From positions 588-64,587 of the forward strand of contig JAEMQZ010000002.1 in NCBI GenBank assembly GCA_016463595.1: a stretch of 64,000 bases of DNA. The letters run 5' to 3'. Below the pieces are notes generated by a model. That model was not told the origin of the DNA. It saw only the letters and a program-made list of their open reading frames with translations, and searched no databases. Position numbers and translations under genes: made by a program. Position 1 is the stretch's first letter, and the number at the start of each line of letters is the position of its first letter. The DNA comes from Synechococcales cyanobacterium SupBloom_Metag_052 (GTDB lineage Bacteria; Cyanobacteriota; Cyanobacteriia; PCC-6307; Cyanobiaceae). This document shows, piece after piece, positions 10,086 to 22,711 of this stretch.

Positions 10086-11810
10086 GTGCCCACCGTTTGC
10101 CTCGATCTGGGCGATCCCCAGCGCCACCTGCTGGCTGTGACCCTCGAGCTAGCGGTCCCCAGGCCCCAGTTGCGCCTGCGCCTGCCCGCCTGGACCCCTG
10201 GCTCTTACCTGATCCGCGATTACGTGCGCCATCTCGAGGGTCTGGAGGTGGTCTGCGGTGACCAGCCCTGCCCGATTCGGCGCCTGGGACCGGCTAGCTG
10301 GCAGCTCGATCTGGACGGCCGGGTTGGGGCTCCCCTGCTGATCCGTTATCGCGTCATGGCCACGGAACTATCCGTGCGCACCTGCCACCTCGATGGCGAC
10401 CACGGCTTTTTTGCCCTGGCGGCGGTGGTGCTGGAGGTTGAAGGTGAGCGCTGGTCTCCCCATCGGTTGGAGATCCGCCACCCATCCGATTGGCAGGCCT
10501 TCGTGCCCCTGCCCCCAAGCGGCGAGGGCGCCTGGCTAGCCCGCGATTTTGACCAGCTGATCGATACTCCCTTGGAGCTGGGCCCCCACCGCAGCGCCAG
10601 TTTTTCTGTGGCGGGCGTGCCCCACCGCTGGGTCACCTGGGAGGGGGCAGCGGCCTCAACGGACTGGCTAAAGCGCCATCGCCCGACCCTGCTGGGCGAT
10701 GTTCAAGCCACGGCAGAGGCCTGCTGCCGGCTGATGGGTGCCCCAGCTCCCGCCAGCGACGCCTACCTGTTCATCTTGCACCTTCTAGATGAGGGGTATG
10801 GCGGACTCGAGCACGACAACAGCTGTGTCCTTGTGTATGGCCGCGCCAGCCTGCAAACGGCCGATGGCTATCGCAAGTTCCTGCAACTGGTCGCCCATGA
10901 ATATCTGCACCAATGGAACGTGCGTCGCCTGCGGCCGGCTGAGCTCACCCCAATCAACTACCACCAAGCCGTGGTGGTGCCGAGCCTCTGGTTCGCCGAA
11001 GGCATCACGAGCTATCTGGACCAGTTCCTGCCCCTAACGGCGGGCCTGAGCTCGGAATTAGAGCTGCTGGATGACTTGGGCAAGGACCTCAGCCGCTACC
11101 TGCTCACCCCCGGTCGCCAGGTCCAGAGCCTGCGAGACAGCAGCCAGGAGGCCTGGGTGAAGCTCTACCGGGCCGATGCCTATGCCGGCGATAGCCAGGT
11201 GAGTTACTACCTGAAGGGGGCCGTGATTGCCCTGGTGCTTGACCTGCACCTGCGCCGCCAGGGCAGTGCCCTATCGGTGGTGATCCGCCAGTTATGGCAG
11301 CAATTCGGCCGGTGGGGCCGGGGGTACCAGGAGAGCGATCTGCTGGCTGCCTTCGCCGCTGAAGCCGCCGATCTGGAGACCCTGCTCCCCCACTGGCTCC
11401 AAGACCTCGGCGACCCGGACCTGGCTGGTTATCTGGCCGATGTGGGGCTCAAGCTGGTGTCCCAGCCGTCCCAATCCGCCTGGCTCGGGCTGACGGTTAA
11501 GGCCGAGCCCTCAGGCCTGCTGGTGCAGCGGGTCCATCGTCACGGCCCTGCCGAGCAGGCTGGCCTGGCCGTTGGCGATGAGCTGCTGGCCCTCGATGGT
11601 GAACGCCTCCGCCAGGCAGATTCCTTAAAAGGGGTTTGGAGCCCTGGCCAGAGCCGGGAGCTGCTCTTCTGCCGCCGGGGCCGGGTCCGTTGCAGTTCCC
11701 TTACGGCGGCAGCACCCGTGGTAGGGGCCTGGAGCCTGGAACAGGACCCAGGCGCCGGAACGCCCGCCTTGGAACGGCGTCGTCAGTGGCTCAGCTTGTT
11801 GCCTATCTGA
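10086..11810 (+). CDS. M61 family glycyl aminopeptidase with C-terminal PDZ domain
   Basis: Zinc motif VAHEYLHQWN. PDZ-like segment GLLVQRVHRHGPAEQAGLAVGDELLALDG. 574 aa. Confidence 0.8.
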   Translation: MPTVCLDLGDPQRHLLAVTLELAVPRPQLRLRLPAWTPGSYLIRDYVRHLEGLEVVCGDQPCPIRRLGPASWQLDLDGRVGAPLLIRYRVMATELSVRTCHLDGDHGFFALAAVVLEVEGERWSPHRLEIRHPSDWQAFVPLPPSGEGAWLARDFDQLIDTPLELGPHRSASFSVAGVPHRWVTWEGAAASTDWLKRHRPTLLGDVQATAEACCRLMGAPAPASDAYLFILHLLDEGYGGLEHDNSCVLVYGRASLQTADGYRKFLQLVAHEYLHQWNVRRLRPAELTPINYHQAVVVPSLWFAEGITSYLDQFLPLTAGLSSELELLDDLGKDLSRYLLTPGRQVQSLRDSSQEAWVKLYRADAYAGDSQVSYYLKGAVIALVLDLHLRRQGSALSVVIRQLWQQFGRWGRGYQESDLLAAFAAEAADLETLLPHWLQDLGDPDLAGYLADVGLKLVSQPSQSAWLGLTVKAEPSGLLVQRVHRHGPAEQAGLAVGDELLALDGERLRQADSLKGVWSPGQSRELLFCRRGRVRCSSLTAAAPVVGAWSLEQDPGAGTPALERRRQWLSLLPI

Positions 11811-11940
11811 GCCTGGAGCGCTGACCTGGAGCCCGCCGTGCCGGTGCTCAATCCCGAACCATTACATCGGTCCAGGACCGAAGGACTGGGCCTGGGGGCT
11901 TTCCTCAGTAGTTTCTAGGTGGTTTGCCGCGAAAATTCCA

Positions 11941-13548
11941 GTGCCCTCGATGCCCTTTCCAGCCTCCTCCGGTGCGGACGCCGAAGGGCTGTGGCAACGC
12001 TTCTGTGCACTGCTTTGGCACGATCCCAACCAGGGAATCTGGCTAGATGTGAGCCGGATGGCCATCGAGCCCGCTGATCTTGAGGCCCTCGCCCCCCGTT
12101 TTGACCAGGCCTTCGCCGCCATGGCGGCCCTGGAGGCCGGTTCCATCGCCAATGCTGATGAGCAGCGCCAGGTGGGCCATTACTGGCTGCGTCAGCCGGC
12201 CCTGGCCCCCGATCCCCAGGCCGCCCTCCAGATCGACCAGGAGATTGATCGCATCGAGGCCTTTGGCCGCGAGGTGCTAGCTGGAAGCCTGGCCTCCCCT
12301 TCCGGCAAGCCCTTCACCGACGTGCTTTGGATTGGCATCGGCGGTTCGGGCTTGGGGCCCCTGCTGATCCTGCGGGCCCTGCAAAACCCCGGCAAGGGCC
12401 TGCCCTTCCACTTTTTTGACAACATCGACCCCGATGGCATGGTGCGCACCCTGGCGGCCGTGGAGGGGCGCCTGGACACCACCTTGGTGATCGTGGTGAG
12501 TAAATCCGGAGGCACTCCCGAGCCGCGCCTGGGCATGCAGCAAGCCCGCGCTGCCCTGGAGGCCGCCGGCTGTTCCTGGCCGGGCCAGGCCGTGGCCGTC
12601 ACCATGGCCGGTAGCCAGCTGGACCAGGTAGCCGAGGCTGGTGGCTGGTTGGCCCGCTTCGACCTGTTCGATTGGGTTGGTGGCCGCACCAGCATCACCA
12701 GCGTGGTCGGGCTCTTACCCGGCGCCCTGATCGGCGCCGATATCCGCGCCTTCCTGGCGGGGGCGGCGTCCATGGATGCTTGCACCCGCGAGGCCGATGT
12801 CAGCGCCAACCCCGCCGCCCTGCTGGCTATGGCCTGGTGGGTGGCGGGCGCCGGCCGGGGCAAGCGTGACATGGTCGTGCTGCCCTACCGGGACCGGCTG
12901 GAGGTGTTCAGCCGCTATCTCCAGCAATTGGTGATGGAGTCCCTTGGCAAGAAACTCGATCGAGACGGCCAGGTCGTGCACCAGGGCCTTGCCGTCTATG
13001 GCAATAAGGGCTCCACCGACCAGCACGCCTACGTGCAACAACTGCGCGATGGCGTCGACAACTTTTTTGTGAACTTCATCGAGGTGCTCGAAGACCCCAC
13101 GGCGATCGAATCGATCGATGGAGAGGCCCCCGGCGACTTCCTCGATGGTTTCCTCCAGGGCACCCGCGCCGCCCTGAATGAAGGTGGTCGCCAGAGCCTG
13201 ACGATCACCCTGCGCCAGCTCGATGCCCGCAGCCTCGGTGCCCTCATTGCCCTATTCGAGCGGGCGGTGGGGCTCTATGGCGAACTGATCAATGTCAACG
13301 CCTATCACCAGCCTGGCGTTGAGGCCGGCAAGAAGGCCGCCGCCGTGATCCTCGATCTCCAGGCCCAGGTGGAAGCGCTTTTGGCCGATGGCCAAGGGCG
13401 CAGCCTGGCCCAGCTCCAGGCTGGCTTGGATCTGCCCAGCCCCGAGCCCGCCTTCTGGATCCTGAGGCACCTCTGCCACAACAAGCGCGGTTACACCGCG
13501 ACCGGTGACTGGGGCCAGCCCACCAGCCTCAGCTTCCAGCGGGCCTGA
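11941..13548 (+). CDS. pgi: Glucose-6-phosphate isomerase
   Basis: Motifs DVLWIGIGGSGLGP, VVSKSGGTPE, GGRTSITSVVGL and NAYHQPGVEAGK. Confidence 0.92.
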   Translation: MPSMPFPASSGADAEGLWQRFCALLWHDPNQGIWLDVSRMAIEPADLEALAPRFDQAFAAMAALEAGSIANADEQRQVGHYWLRQPALAPDPQAALQIDQEIDRIEAFGREVLAGSLASPSGKPFTDVLWIGIGGSGLGPLLILRALQNPGKGLPFHFFDNIDPDGMVRTLAAVEGRLDTTLVIVVSKSGGTPEPRLGMQQARAALEAAGCSWPGQAVAVTMAGSQLDQVAEAGGWLARFDLFDWVGGRTSITSVVGLLPGALIGADIRAFLAGAASMDACTREADVSANPAALLAMAWWVAGAGRGKRDMVVLPYRDRLEVFSRYLQQLVMESLGKKLDRDGQVVHQGLAVYGNKGSTDQHAYVQQLRDGVDNFFVNFIEVLEDPTAIESIDGEAPGDFLDGFLQGTRAALNEGGRQSLTITLRQLDARSLGALIALFERAVGLYGELINVNAYHQPGVEAGKKAAAVILDLQAQVEALLADGQGRSLAQLQAGLDLPSPEPAFWILRHLCHNKRGYTATGDWGQPTSLSFQRA

Positions 13549-13570
13549 AGTCAGGGGCCAGGCTTGGGCC

Positions 13571-16237
<2,667 letters not shown>

Positions 16238-16291
16238 GGACGCAAGCCTGTGATGGTGCCACAGCCTGCCGGCCAGCCCCGGGCCTACCCC

Positions 16292-16531
16292 CTAATCCAA
16301 GGGGCGCAACACGGCTACGCAGTCGCGGCGCACCAGCACCGGTGCAGCGTCTGGACCCTGGCGGATGGCGTAAAACTCCAGGTCTTGCCACAGCAGGCTG
16401 CCCTCCAGTTGGGAGCCGCCGTTCAGTTGCAGGCCCAGAACCTGCTTGCTGCGAATCCAGGCCTGGAGCTGGCGTACCCCCGGCATGGAGGTGTCCAGGT
16501 TCGCCGCAGTCCGATCAAAGGCAGTCGCCAT
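16292..16531 (-). CDS. hfq: Cyanobacterial Hfq-like (Sm-fold) protein
   Basis: 79 aa. MPGVRQLQAWIRSKQVLGLQLNGGSQLEGSLLWQD resembles the Synechocystis Hfq ortholog. It lies beside dapF, as in other cyanobacteria. Confidence 0.6.
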   Translation of the reverse strand: MATAFDRTAANLDTSMPGVRQLQAWIRSKQVLGLQLNGGSQLEGSLLWQDLEFYAIRQGPDAAPVLVRRDCVAVLRPLD

Positions 16532-16563
16532 AGAATCAATGTCCGTCTAAACGGCCCATAGTT

Positions 16564-17718
16564 GTGCTCCAGTTCAGCAAATACCAGGGATTAGGCAATG
16601 ATTTTCTGCTGATTGATGGCCGCCAGGCCAGCCAGGAGGACAGTGAAACCGGCCTAGAACCTGAACTGGTGCGCCAGCTTTGTGATCGCCGTTTCGGCGT
16701 CGGCGGCGATGGCGTGATCTTGGCCCTACCCAGTCAGGCGGGCGGCGAGCTGCGCATGCGCATCTTCAACGCCGATGGCAGCGAGCCGGAAATGTGTGGC
16801 AATGGCATCCGCTGCTTGGCCCGTTTCCTCGCCGATCGCGATGGCGATGGACCCGGCCGCCGCTGGCAGGTGGATACCCTGGCGGGCCGGATCGTGCCCG
16901 AGCTCCTGGCCGATGGGTCGATCCGGGTCGACATGGGCCCGCCCTTCCTGGAGCCCGCCACGGTTCCCACCACCCTCCCCCTGGGGCCCGCCGGCCTGCC
17001 CCAAGGGGAACTGGAACTGGATGGCGAAGTCTTTGCCGTGGCGGCGGCGGGCATGGGCAATCCCCACGTCGTGGTTCCGGTGGAGGATCTGGACGATTTT
17101 GATTGGGCGCGCTTTGGGCCCCAGCTGGAGGTCCACCCCAGCTTCCCCGCTAAGACCAACGTCCATTTTGTGCAGGTGCTGGCCCCCGATCACCTCGTGA
17201 TGCGGGTGTGGGAACGGGGTGCTGGCCCGACGCTGGCCTGCGGCACGGGCGCCTGCGCCACCCTGGTCGCCTGCCATTGCCTGGGGCTTGCCGAGCGACG
17301 CGCCCGGGTCGACCTGCCTGGCGGTCCCCTGCAGATCCACTGGGACACCGCCACGGGCCACGTGGTTATGGATGGCCCAGCCGAGCATGTCTTTGATGGC
17401 ACGATCCCCAGTGCTGAAGCCGTGCACGAGGCCCGGCGCCAGGCGGCCGGGGCCGGGCTGCAGCAGCCTGCCGCTGACCCTGAGCTAGCCCCTAACGGGG
17501 AACCAGCTGGAGCTAGTCCCGCTGTTGAAACGATTCAATGCGCCGTTGTCTGCGTCCATGGCTGCATCCGGCCCGATGCCTGCCCTAGCGCCGAAGCCCG
17601 GGCCAAGGTGGCAGCCCTACTGGCTGGCAACAGCCTCGATGACCTGGTGGCCATTGCCAGCAATTCGCTTGAGTCGCGCATTCGTTCCCGCCTAAACGGC
17701 CCAGGCGAAGCTGGCTAG
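16564..17718 (+). CDS. dapF: Diaminopimelate epimerase with an in-frame ~105-aa Cys-containing C-terminal extension
   Basis: Motif GLGNDFLLID. Catalytic Cys motifs MCGNGIRC and ACGTGACA. The DapF core ends near 17400, but the ORF continues to 17718. Confidence 0.88.
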   Translation: MLQFSKYQGLGNDFLLIDGRQASQEDSETGLEPELVRQLCDRRFGVGGDGVILALPSQAGGELRMRIFNADGSEPEMCGNGIRCLARFLADRDGDGPGRRWQVDTLAGRIVPELLADGSIRVDMGPPFLEPATVPTTLPLGPAGLPQGELELDGEVFAVAAAGMGNPHVVVPVEDLDDFDWARFGPQLEVHPSFPAKTNVHFVQVLAPDHLVMRVWERGAGPTLACGTGACATLVACHCLGLAERRARVDLPGGPLQIHWDTATGHVVMDGPAEHVFDGTIPSAEAVHEARRQAAGAGLQQPAADPELAPNGEPAGASPAVETIQCAVVCVHGCIRPDACPSAEARAKVAALLAGNSLDDLVAIASNSLESRIRSRLNGPGEAG

Positions 17719-17720
17719 CG

Positions 17721-18890
17721 ATGGCCGTTGAATCGCCTCTATACCTAGATGCCTGTGCGGCGGCGCCGCTAGCTGAGCAGGTGATTGCGGCCATGCTGGC
17801 CGCCTACCAGGGCGCCTGGGCCAACCCCTCAAGCCTGCATGGCTTTGGCTTTGAGGCAGCCGATTGTCTGGAACGCAGCCGACAAGCAATCGCTGCCGCC
17901 CTGGGATTTCCGGCCAGCTGGCTCACCTTTTGCTCCGGCGGCACCGAAGCCAGCCATGCTGCCCTGCTGGGGGCGGCGTCCGGGTTACCGACGGGTCGCC
18001 TGGTGATTTCGGCGGTCGAGCATCCCGCCGTCCAGGCGGCGGCCCACCAACTGCAGGCCCAGGGCTGGGAGTTGGCGATCTGGCCGGTGGATGGGGTGGG
18101 CCGGGTGGATTTGGCCTGGCTCGATCGCCTGCTGGCGCCGCCGACCCGGTTGGTGTCCGTGCTCTGGGGCCAAAGCGAAGTAGGGACCCTCCAGCCGATC
18201 GAAACGATTGGGGCTGCCTGTCGGCGGGCTGGGGTGCTGTTCCATAGCGATGCGGTCCAGGTGGTCGGTCACCAGCCTTTGGCGATCGAAGCCCTACCCG
18301 TGGACGTGCTGACATTCACGGCCCACAAGATTCAGGGGCCGCGGGGCATCGGGGCCCTGGTAGCCCGGCCGGACCTGGCCCTCGGCGCCTTGATCGGCGG
18401 TGGCGGCCAGGAGGCCGGTCGCCGCGGCGGCACCGAAGCGGTGGCCCTGGCGGCCGGCTTTGCTGCCGCGATCGAGCTGGCCCAGGCTCGCCTCAAAGCC
18501 TGCGGTGGCACGGATCCACTTGAACCGGAACGGGACCGGCTCCTGGCCGCCCTGGAGCCCCTGGCCGGGGTCACGATCACGGGCTGCCGCCAACGGCGCC
18601 TACCCCACCACCTGAGCCTGGTGCTCAACAGCCCCTCCGGCCAGCCCTTGCCCGGACGCCAGGCCGTGGCCGGCCTTTGGCAGAGGGGCCTGGCCGTGAG
18701 CAGTGGCACCGCCTGCGCCAGCGGCCGGGCCAGCGGCAGCCCGGTGCTCCAGGCCATGGGCTTCCCCCCCGAGCTGGCCGGCTCGGGCCTACGGCTCAGC
18801 CTCGGCCCCTGGCTCACCCCCGAGCAACTCCGCTCCCTACCCGATCGGGTCAGGGCTGCCCTGCTGGTCGTTCAGGCCGACCTCGGTTGA
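17721..18890 (+). CDS. Cysteine desulfurase (NifS/IscS-like class V aminotransferase)
   Basis: PLP-lysine context FTAHKIQGPRGIGAL. Active-site Cys context SSGTACASG. 389 aa. Confidence 0.8.
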   Translation: MAVESPLYLDACAAAPLAEQVIAAMLAAYQGAWANPSSLHGFGFEAADCLERSRQAIAAALGFPASWLTFCSGGTEASHAALLGAASGLPTGRLVISAVEHPAVQAAAHQLQAQGWELAIWPVDGVGRVDLAWLDRLLAPPTRLVSVLWGQSEVGTLQPIETIGAACRRAGVLFHSDAVQVVGHQPLAIEALPVDVLTFTAHKIQGPRGIGALVARPDLALGALIGGGGQEAGRRGGTEAVALAAGFAAAIELAQARLKACGGTDPLEPERDRLLAALEPLAGVTITGCRQRRLPHHLSLVLNSPSGQPLPGRQAVAGLWQRGLAVSSGTACASGRASGSPVLQAMGFPPELAGSGLRLSLGPWLTPEQLRSLPDRVRAALLVVQADLG

Positions 18891-18969
18891 GAGCGAACCG
18901 CCCAAAACCAGGCCGCGCCCTGCCGTCAGCCCTAGGGTCCTGGCGCTGAAGGACCCAACCAGGACAAAC

Positions 18970-19665
18970 ATGGTGTTGCCCGCCGATCTCCGCACGGCCG
19001 AGGCCGAGGCCCTTGCGGCCCTGCAACAGGCCCTCAGCGCCGAGCCCTCGGGCCGCTGGAGTGTGGAGCTGCGCTTTGAGGGGCTGAAAATCCAACCCCT
19101 GGCCCAGCGGCTACTGGCGGCCCTGGGCGAGAACGGCGATCCACGCCTGCTGTTTGCCGATGCCGGTGCCACCGCCCTGGCCAAGCGCGATCGGCCCGAG
19201 CTGGCCCTGCGCCAGGCCAGCCTCGGCGACCAGAAGAGACTGCAACAGAGCCAGGCGGACAGCACAACCGGCCTGATCATCCTGGTGGCTCCCGCCCAGG
19301 CCGATTACGGGCAAGTTGAGGCGATCTGCAGCGCCCACGGCGGTCCAATCGTGCTGCTCAACAGCAGCCTGGAGGAGGCGGCGATCGGGATTGGCGCCGT
19401 GGCCCGGGAGCGCCGTAAGGGCTTCCTCTTCAACTGGCAGAGCGCCTACGCCCTGATCCCCCTCGATGGTGGCGCCCTCAAACGGGCCTTCCCAGCGCCC
19501 TGGGCCCTCTATCGCCGCGATGTCGATGGCCACCGCTTTGTGGCCGAATTCGAGACCCGTCCCGATTCCGAGCAGCAGGCCGAAGCCCTAGCCGATGGAG
19601 CAGCCCCCGGGGTAGGACGCAGCCTCCAGGCCATGGACCGTTTCCTGGAAGGCCTGCGCTCCTAG
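18970..19665 (+). CDS. Conserved cyanobacterial protein (DUF1995-like)
   Basis: ATG 18970 (MVLPADLRTAEAEALAALQQAL...) lies after the end of the desulfurase. The upstream part of the 18703 ORF overlaps that gene. Family call is from memory. Confidence 0.55.
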   Translation: MVLPADLRTAEAEALAALQQALSAEPSGRWSVELRFEGLKIQPLAQRLLAALGENGDPRLLFADAGATALAKRDRPELALRQASLGDQKRLQQSQADSTTGLIILVAPAQADYGQVEAICSAHGGPIVLLNSSLEEAAIGIGAVARERRKGFLFNWQSAYALIPLDGGALKRAFPAPWALYRRDVDGHRFVAEFETRPDSEQQAEALADGAAPGVGRSLQAMDRFLEGLRS

Positions 19666-19774
19666 GTCGGTTTGTCAGGCCGACCCCAACAAACCCTATC
19701 CAGCTAGAGCGAACGGCCCGGGACCTTGATGGGAGGGGAGGGGGTCCTTAAAGTTCAATGTCTGCTGTTGCCCC

Positions 19775-20350
19775 ATGGCCGTTGCTTCCGCTCCCCCCAC
19801 CGGCAACAAGCCGAAGCGGCGTTTTGGCCTGGTGGATGGGGCGGCAGCCCTAGCGGTGCTGATGGCGGCGGCTGGAGTGATCTGGAGCCCCAAACTCAGC
19901 GGCACCATCGCCCGGGCCACCGGCGGCTTGCAGCCCGTCACGGTCACGGTTGATGTGCGCGGCATCCCTTCTGCCGATCCGGCCAGCCTGATCGCTGCAG
20001 CCCGTCAGGACGGCAAGGTCAGCATCGTGATCCGCAACCAGCCCCACGGCAGTGTTCAGATCAAGCAGATCATTCCCCTGCAACGGCGCATCGTGACCCT
20101 GACGCCAGATGGACGCGTACTGACTGCCCCCGATCCCAGCCAAACCATCTTCAGCACCCTGGATGCCCGTTTCGTGCTCCAGGGGGAAGGGCGCCGCAGC
20201 GCTGATGGGGTGGTGTTTGGTAACCAGAGCATCAAGGTGGGCACCCCAATCGAACTGGAAGGGGGCCTGTTCCGGGTCAGTGGCACCGTGAGTGGCCTCC
20301 AGGCCGACTCGGCGGGATTCGCCGCGACCAGCACCCCTGGGTCCCCTTGA
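19775..20350 (+). CDS. Membrane-anchored conserved protein (DUF4330-like)
   Basis: N-terminal TM/anchor segment GLVDGAAALAVLMAAAGVIW followed by a beta-rich domain. Family call is from memory. Confidence 0.5.
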   Translation: MAVASAPPTGNKPKRRFGLVDGAAALAVLMAAAGVIWSPKLSGTIARATGGLQPVTVTVDVRGIPSADPASLIAAARQDGKVSIVIRNQPHGSVQIKQIIPLQRRIVTLTPDGRVLTAPDPSQTIFSTLDARFVLQGEGRRSADGVVFGNQSIKVGTPIELEGGLFRVSGTVSGLQADSAGFAATSTPGSP

Positions 20351-20351
20351 G

Positions 20352-21677
20352 GTGACGTTGCTCCCCAACCAAGACGCCCCAGCACCCCGTCCTCAGTCAT
20401 GCCCAGCCCAGGGTCGCCCTAGGCGGTTCATCCCCCTGCTTTTGGCCCTGCCGACTGCAGCGGCCCTAGCTCCAGCAGGTTTGGGGGCCCAGGGGCTGGC
20501 CAGCCTGCCTCCCCTGCCCGCTCCCCTGGGCCTCCCCCAGCTGCAGGAGCGGGTCAGTTGCCCAACCCTGCAGCGGCGCATCGTCGCTGCCGTTGGGTCC
20601 GAAGCTCCGCTTTGGAGTGTCAGCGTCGCCGATCCGGGCGGCCGCCTGCTCGCCGACCTCAATGGCCGCACGCCGCGGCTACCGGCCTCAAACCAGAAAC
20701 TGGTCAGCACGGCCTTCGCCCTCGACCGCCTCGGCCCGGACTACCGCCTCAGCACCAAGCTTTGGCGCCTCAGTGATGGCAGCCTGCGTCTCACCGGCGA
20801 AGGCGATCCCGATTTTGGTCTGGAGCAGTTGCGGCGTTTCGCCAAGCTGGCCCTGGGCTCCGGTGGTGGGCCGGGAACTCCAAAGGGCCCGATCCGCCTG
20901 CAACTGGTGGAGGAACCTGCCCAGCGCTGGTGGCCCGCCGGCTGGTCCCCAGCCGACCGGGCCGAGGAGTACGGCGCACCGATCACCCGGCTAGCGGTGA
21001 CCAGTAATGCCGTGGAGATGGCGGTGGCCAACCCGCCCAACCGCCTCAAGCAACTGCTGGGCCGAGAACTGGCCGCCCAGGGAGGTCAGGCCCAGATCAG
21101 CCTGGTTTCGGCCCAGGCCGGCCCCGATCCGGGCGCCGTTTTGCTGCATGAGGAGCCATCCCTGTCGATGCTGGGGCTGATCAGCGTGGCCAACACCCAC
21201 AGCCACAATTTCACCGCCGAAGTGTTGCTGCGCCAGGCCAGCGGCAGCTGGGACCTGGCCCGGGCCCGGGCGGCGGCGATGCAGTGGCTCCAAGACCAGG
21301 GCCTGCCGATGGAGGGGGTGAGCGTGGCCGATGGCAGTGGCCTGGATCGGGCCAATCGCCTCACCAGTCGCTTGCTTGCCGCCTTGCTGTTGCGCATGGC
21401 CAACCACCCCTACGGCCCCGACTACCAGGCTTCGATGGCAATCACCGGCCAACGGGGCACCCTGCGCAAGCTGTTGAAGGGCACTGAGCTCGATGGCCGT
21501 TTTTACGGCAAGACGGGCACAATCTCCGGAGTGCGCTCGATCAGCGGCATCCTCGAGAGCAGTGCCGGCACGAGGTACGTGAGCATGGTTTCGAACGGAG
21601 CCAACGATCCCAACCAGACGATCGGCCGAATCCTGCGCCAAGTCCACAACGCCAGCCTCTGCCCGCCGACTCCCTGA
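20352..21677 (+). CDS. dacB: D-alanyl-D-alanine carboxypeptidase/endopeptidase (PBP4, S13 family)
   Basis: SxxK (ASNQKLVST), SxN (HSHNF) and KTG (GKTGT) motifs plus a signal-like segment. The ORF opens at 20292. GTG 20352 lies directly after the upstream stop and is a plausible start. Confidence 0.8.
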   Translation: MTLLPNQDAPAPRPQSCPAQGRPRRFIPLLLALPTAAALAPAGLGAQGLASLPPLPAPLGLPQLQERVSCPTLQRRIVAAVGSEAPLWSVSVADPGGRLLADLNGRTPRLPASNQKLVSTAFALDRLGPDYRLSTKLWRLSDGSLRLTGEGDPDFGLEQLRRFAKLALGSGGGPGTPKGPIRLQLVEEPAQRWWPAGWSPADRAEEYGAPITRLAVTSNAVEMAVANPPNRLKQLLGRELAAQGGQAQISLVSAQAGPDPGAVLLHEEPSLSMLGLISVANTHSHNFTAEVLLRQASGSWDLARARAAAMQWLQDQGLPMEGVSVADGSGLDRANRLTSRLLAALLLRMANHPYGPDYQASMAITGQRGTLRKLLKGTELDGRFYGKTGTISGVRSISGILESSAGTRYVSMVSNGANDPNQTIGRILRQVHNASLCPPTP

Positions 21678-21768
21678 GCAGCGGGGCGAGGGGCCAGGGG
21701 GCAACGTGGATTCGGAAGCCGCCCGCCCGCCTAGGAGGCTGGCTCGGAACTTACTGAGCCCCGCAGCT

Positions 21769-22710
21769 TCAGCGTGGGCCGCCGGCCTGGCGCAGGCGCT
21801 CAGCGGCCCGGCCTGCCCGCCCTAGGGGCGTGGTCCGGCTCGACTCATGGGCGGCTTGAGCCACCAGGGCGGAGCTTTCGGTGCTTTGCAGCTTGACCAG
21901 CTCCCGCCGACCCGCCATCACCACCTTGCCCATGTCCTGCAGGCGCCCTTCCAATTCGCCCAGCACCTGTTCGGCGTAGCGGTTGGCCCCCTCCTGGATG
22001 GCACTGGCCTCCTGGCGGCTGCGGCTGATCAGGACCTCGCACTGCTGCTGGCTCTGCTGGCGGAATTGCAACGCATCGGCGTGGATGCGTTCCGCCTCGG
22101 CCTGGCTGTCCCGCTGGATGCGCAGGCTTTCTTGGCGAATTTGTTCGAGCTCCTGGAGGCTTTGCTGGCGCAGGCGCTCATGCTGTTCGCCCAGCTGGCG
22201 CTTGAGGTCGATGTATTCCTGGTCGAGCTGCTGGCGCCGTTGTAGGCCCTCCTGCTCCAACTGCTGGCGCCGGACTCCGAATTGCTGCTCCATCTGCACC
22301 AGCCGACCCTGGTGCTCCTGCTCCGCCTGGGCCACCTGCTGGCGCGTCTGGAACAGCATCTGTTCACACTGCTGGCGCGCCTGGTCGCGCAGCTCGGCCA
22401 CCTGGCGCTCGGCCTCCTGGCGCACCGACTGGGAACTGATCAGCTGTTCCCGCTGCTGGCGGGCCTGGCTGACCATTTCATCGGCCTGCTGGCGGGCCTG
22501 GGTGATGAACTCTTCCTTCTTACGGATCAGCTCCTCGGCCTGGGCCAGCTGGCCGGGCAGGGCTTCCCGAACCGCATCCATCAACTCGATGGCGTCCTGC
22601 TCGTTGACCAGGCGCCCGCCACTGAAGGGGATCCGGCTGCCATCCAGCACGATCTCCTCCAGTTGGTCGAGCTGATCCAACACGGATTTGATCTTGGCCT
22701 CAGTCATCAC
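21769..22710 (-). CDS. Q/E/R-rich coiled-coil protein (ATP-synthase-b-like / DivIVA-like annotation class); function unknown
   Basis: 313 aa with long heptad-like Q/R/E repeats. It starts (GTG 22710 or ATG 22707) 1-4 nt after the coaD stop, so it is probably co-transcribed. Confidence 0.5.
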   Translation of the reverse strand: MMTEAKIKSVLDQLDQLEEIVLDGSRIPFSGGRLVNEQDAIELMDAVREALPGQLAQAEELIRKKEEFITQARQQADEMVSQARQQREQLISSQSVRQEAERQVAELRDQARQQCEQMLFQTRQQVAQAEQEHQGRLVQMEQQFGVRRQQLEQEGLQRRQQLDQEYIDLKRQLGEQHERLRQQSLQELEQIRQESLRIQRDSQAEAERIHADALQFRQQSQQQCEVLISRSRQEASAIQEGANRYAEQVLGELEGRLQDMGKVVMAGRRELVKLQSTESSALVAQAAHESSRTTPLGRAGRAAERLRQAGGPR

Positions 22711-22711
22711 G

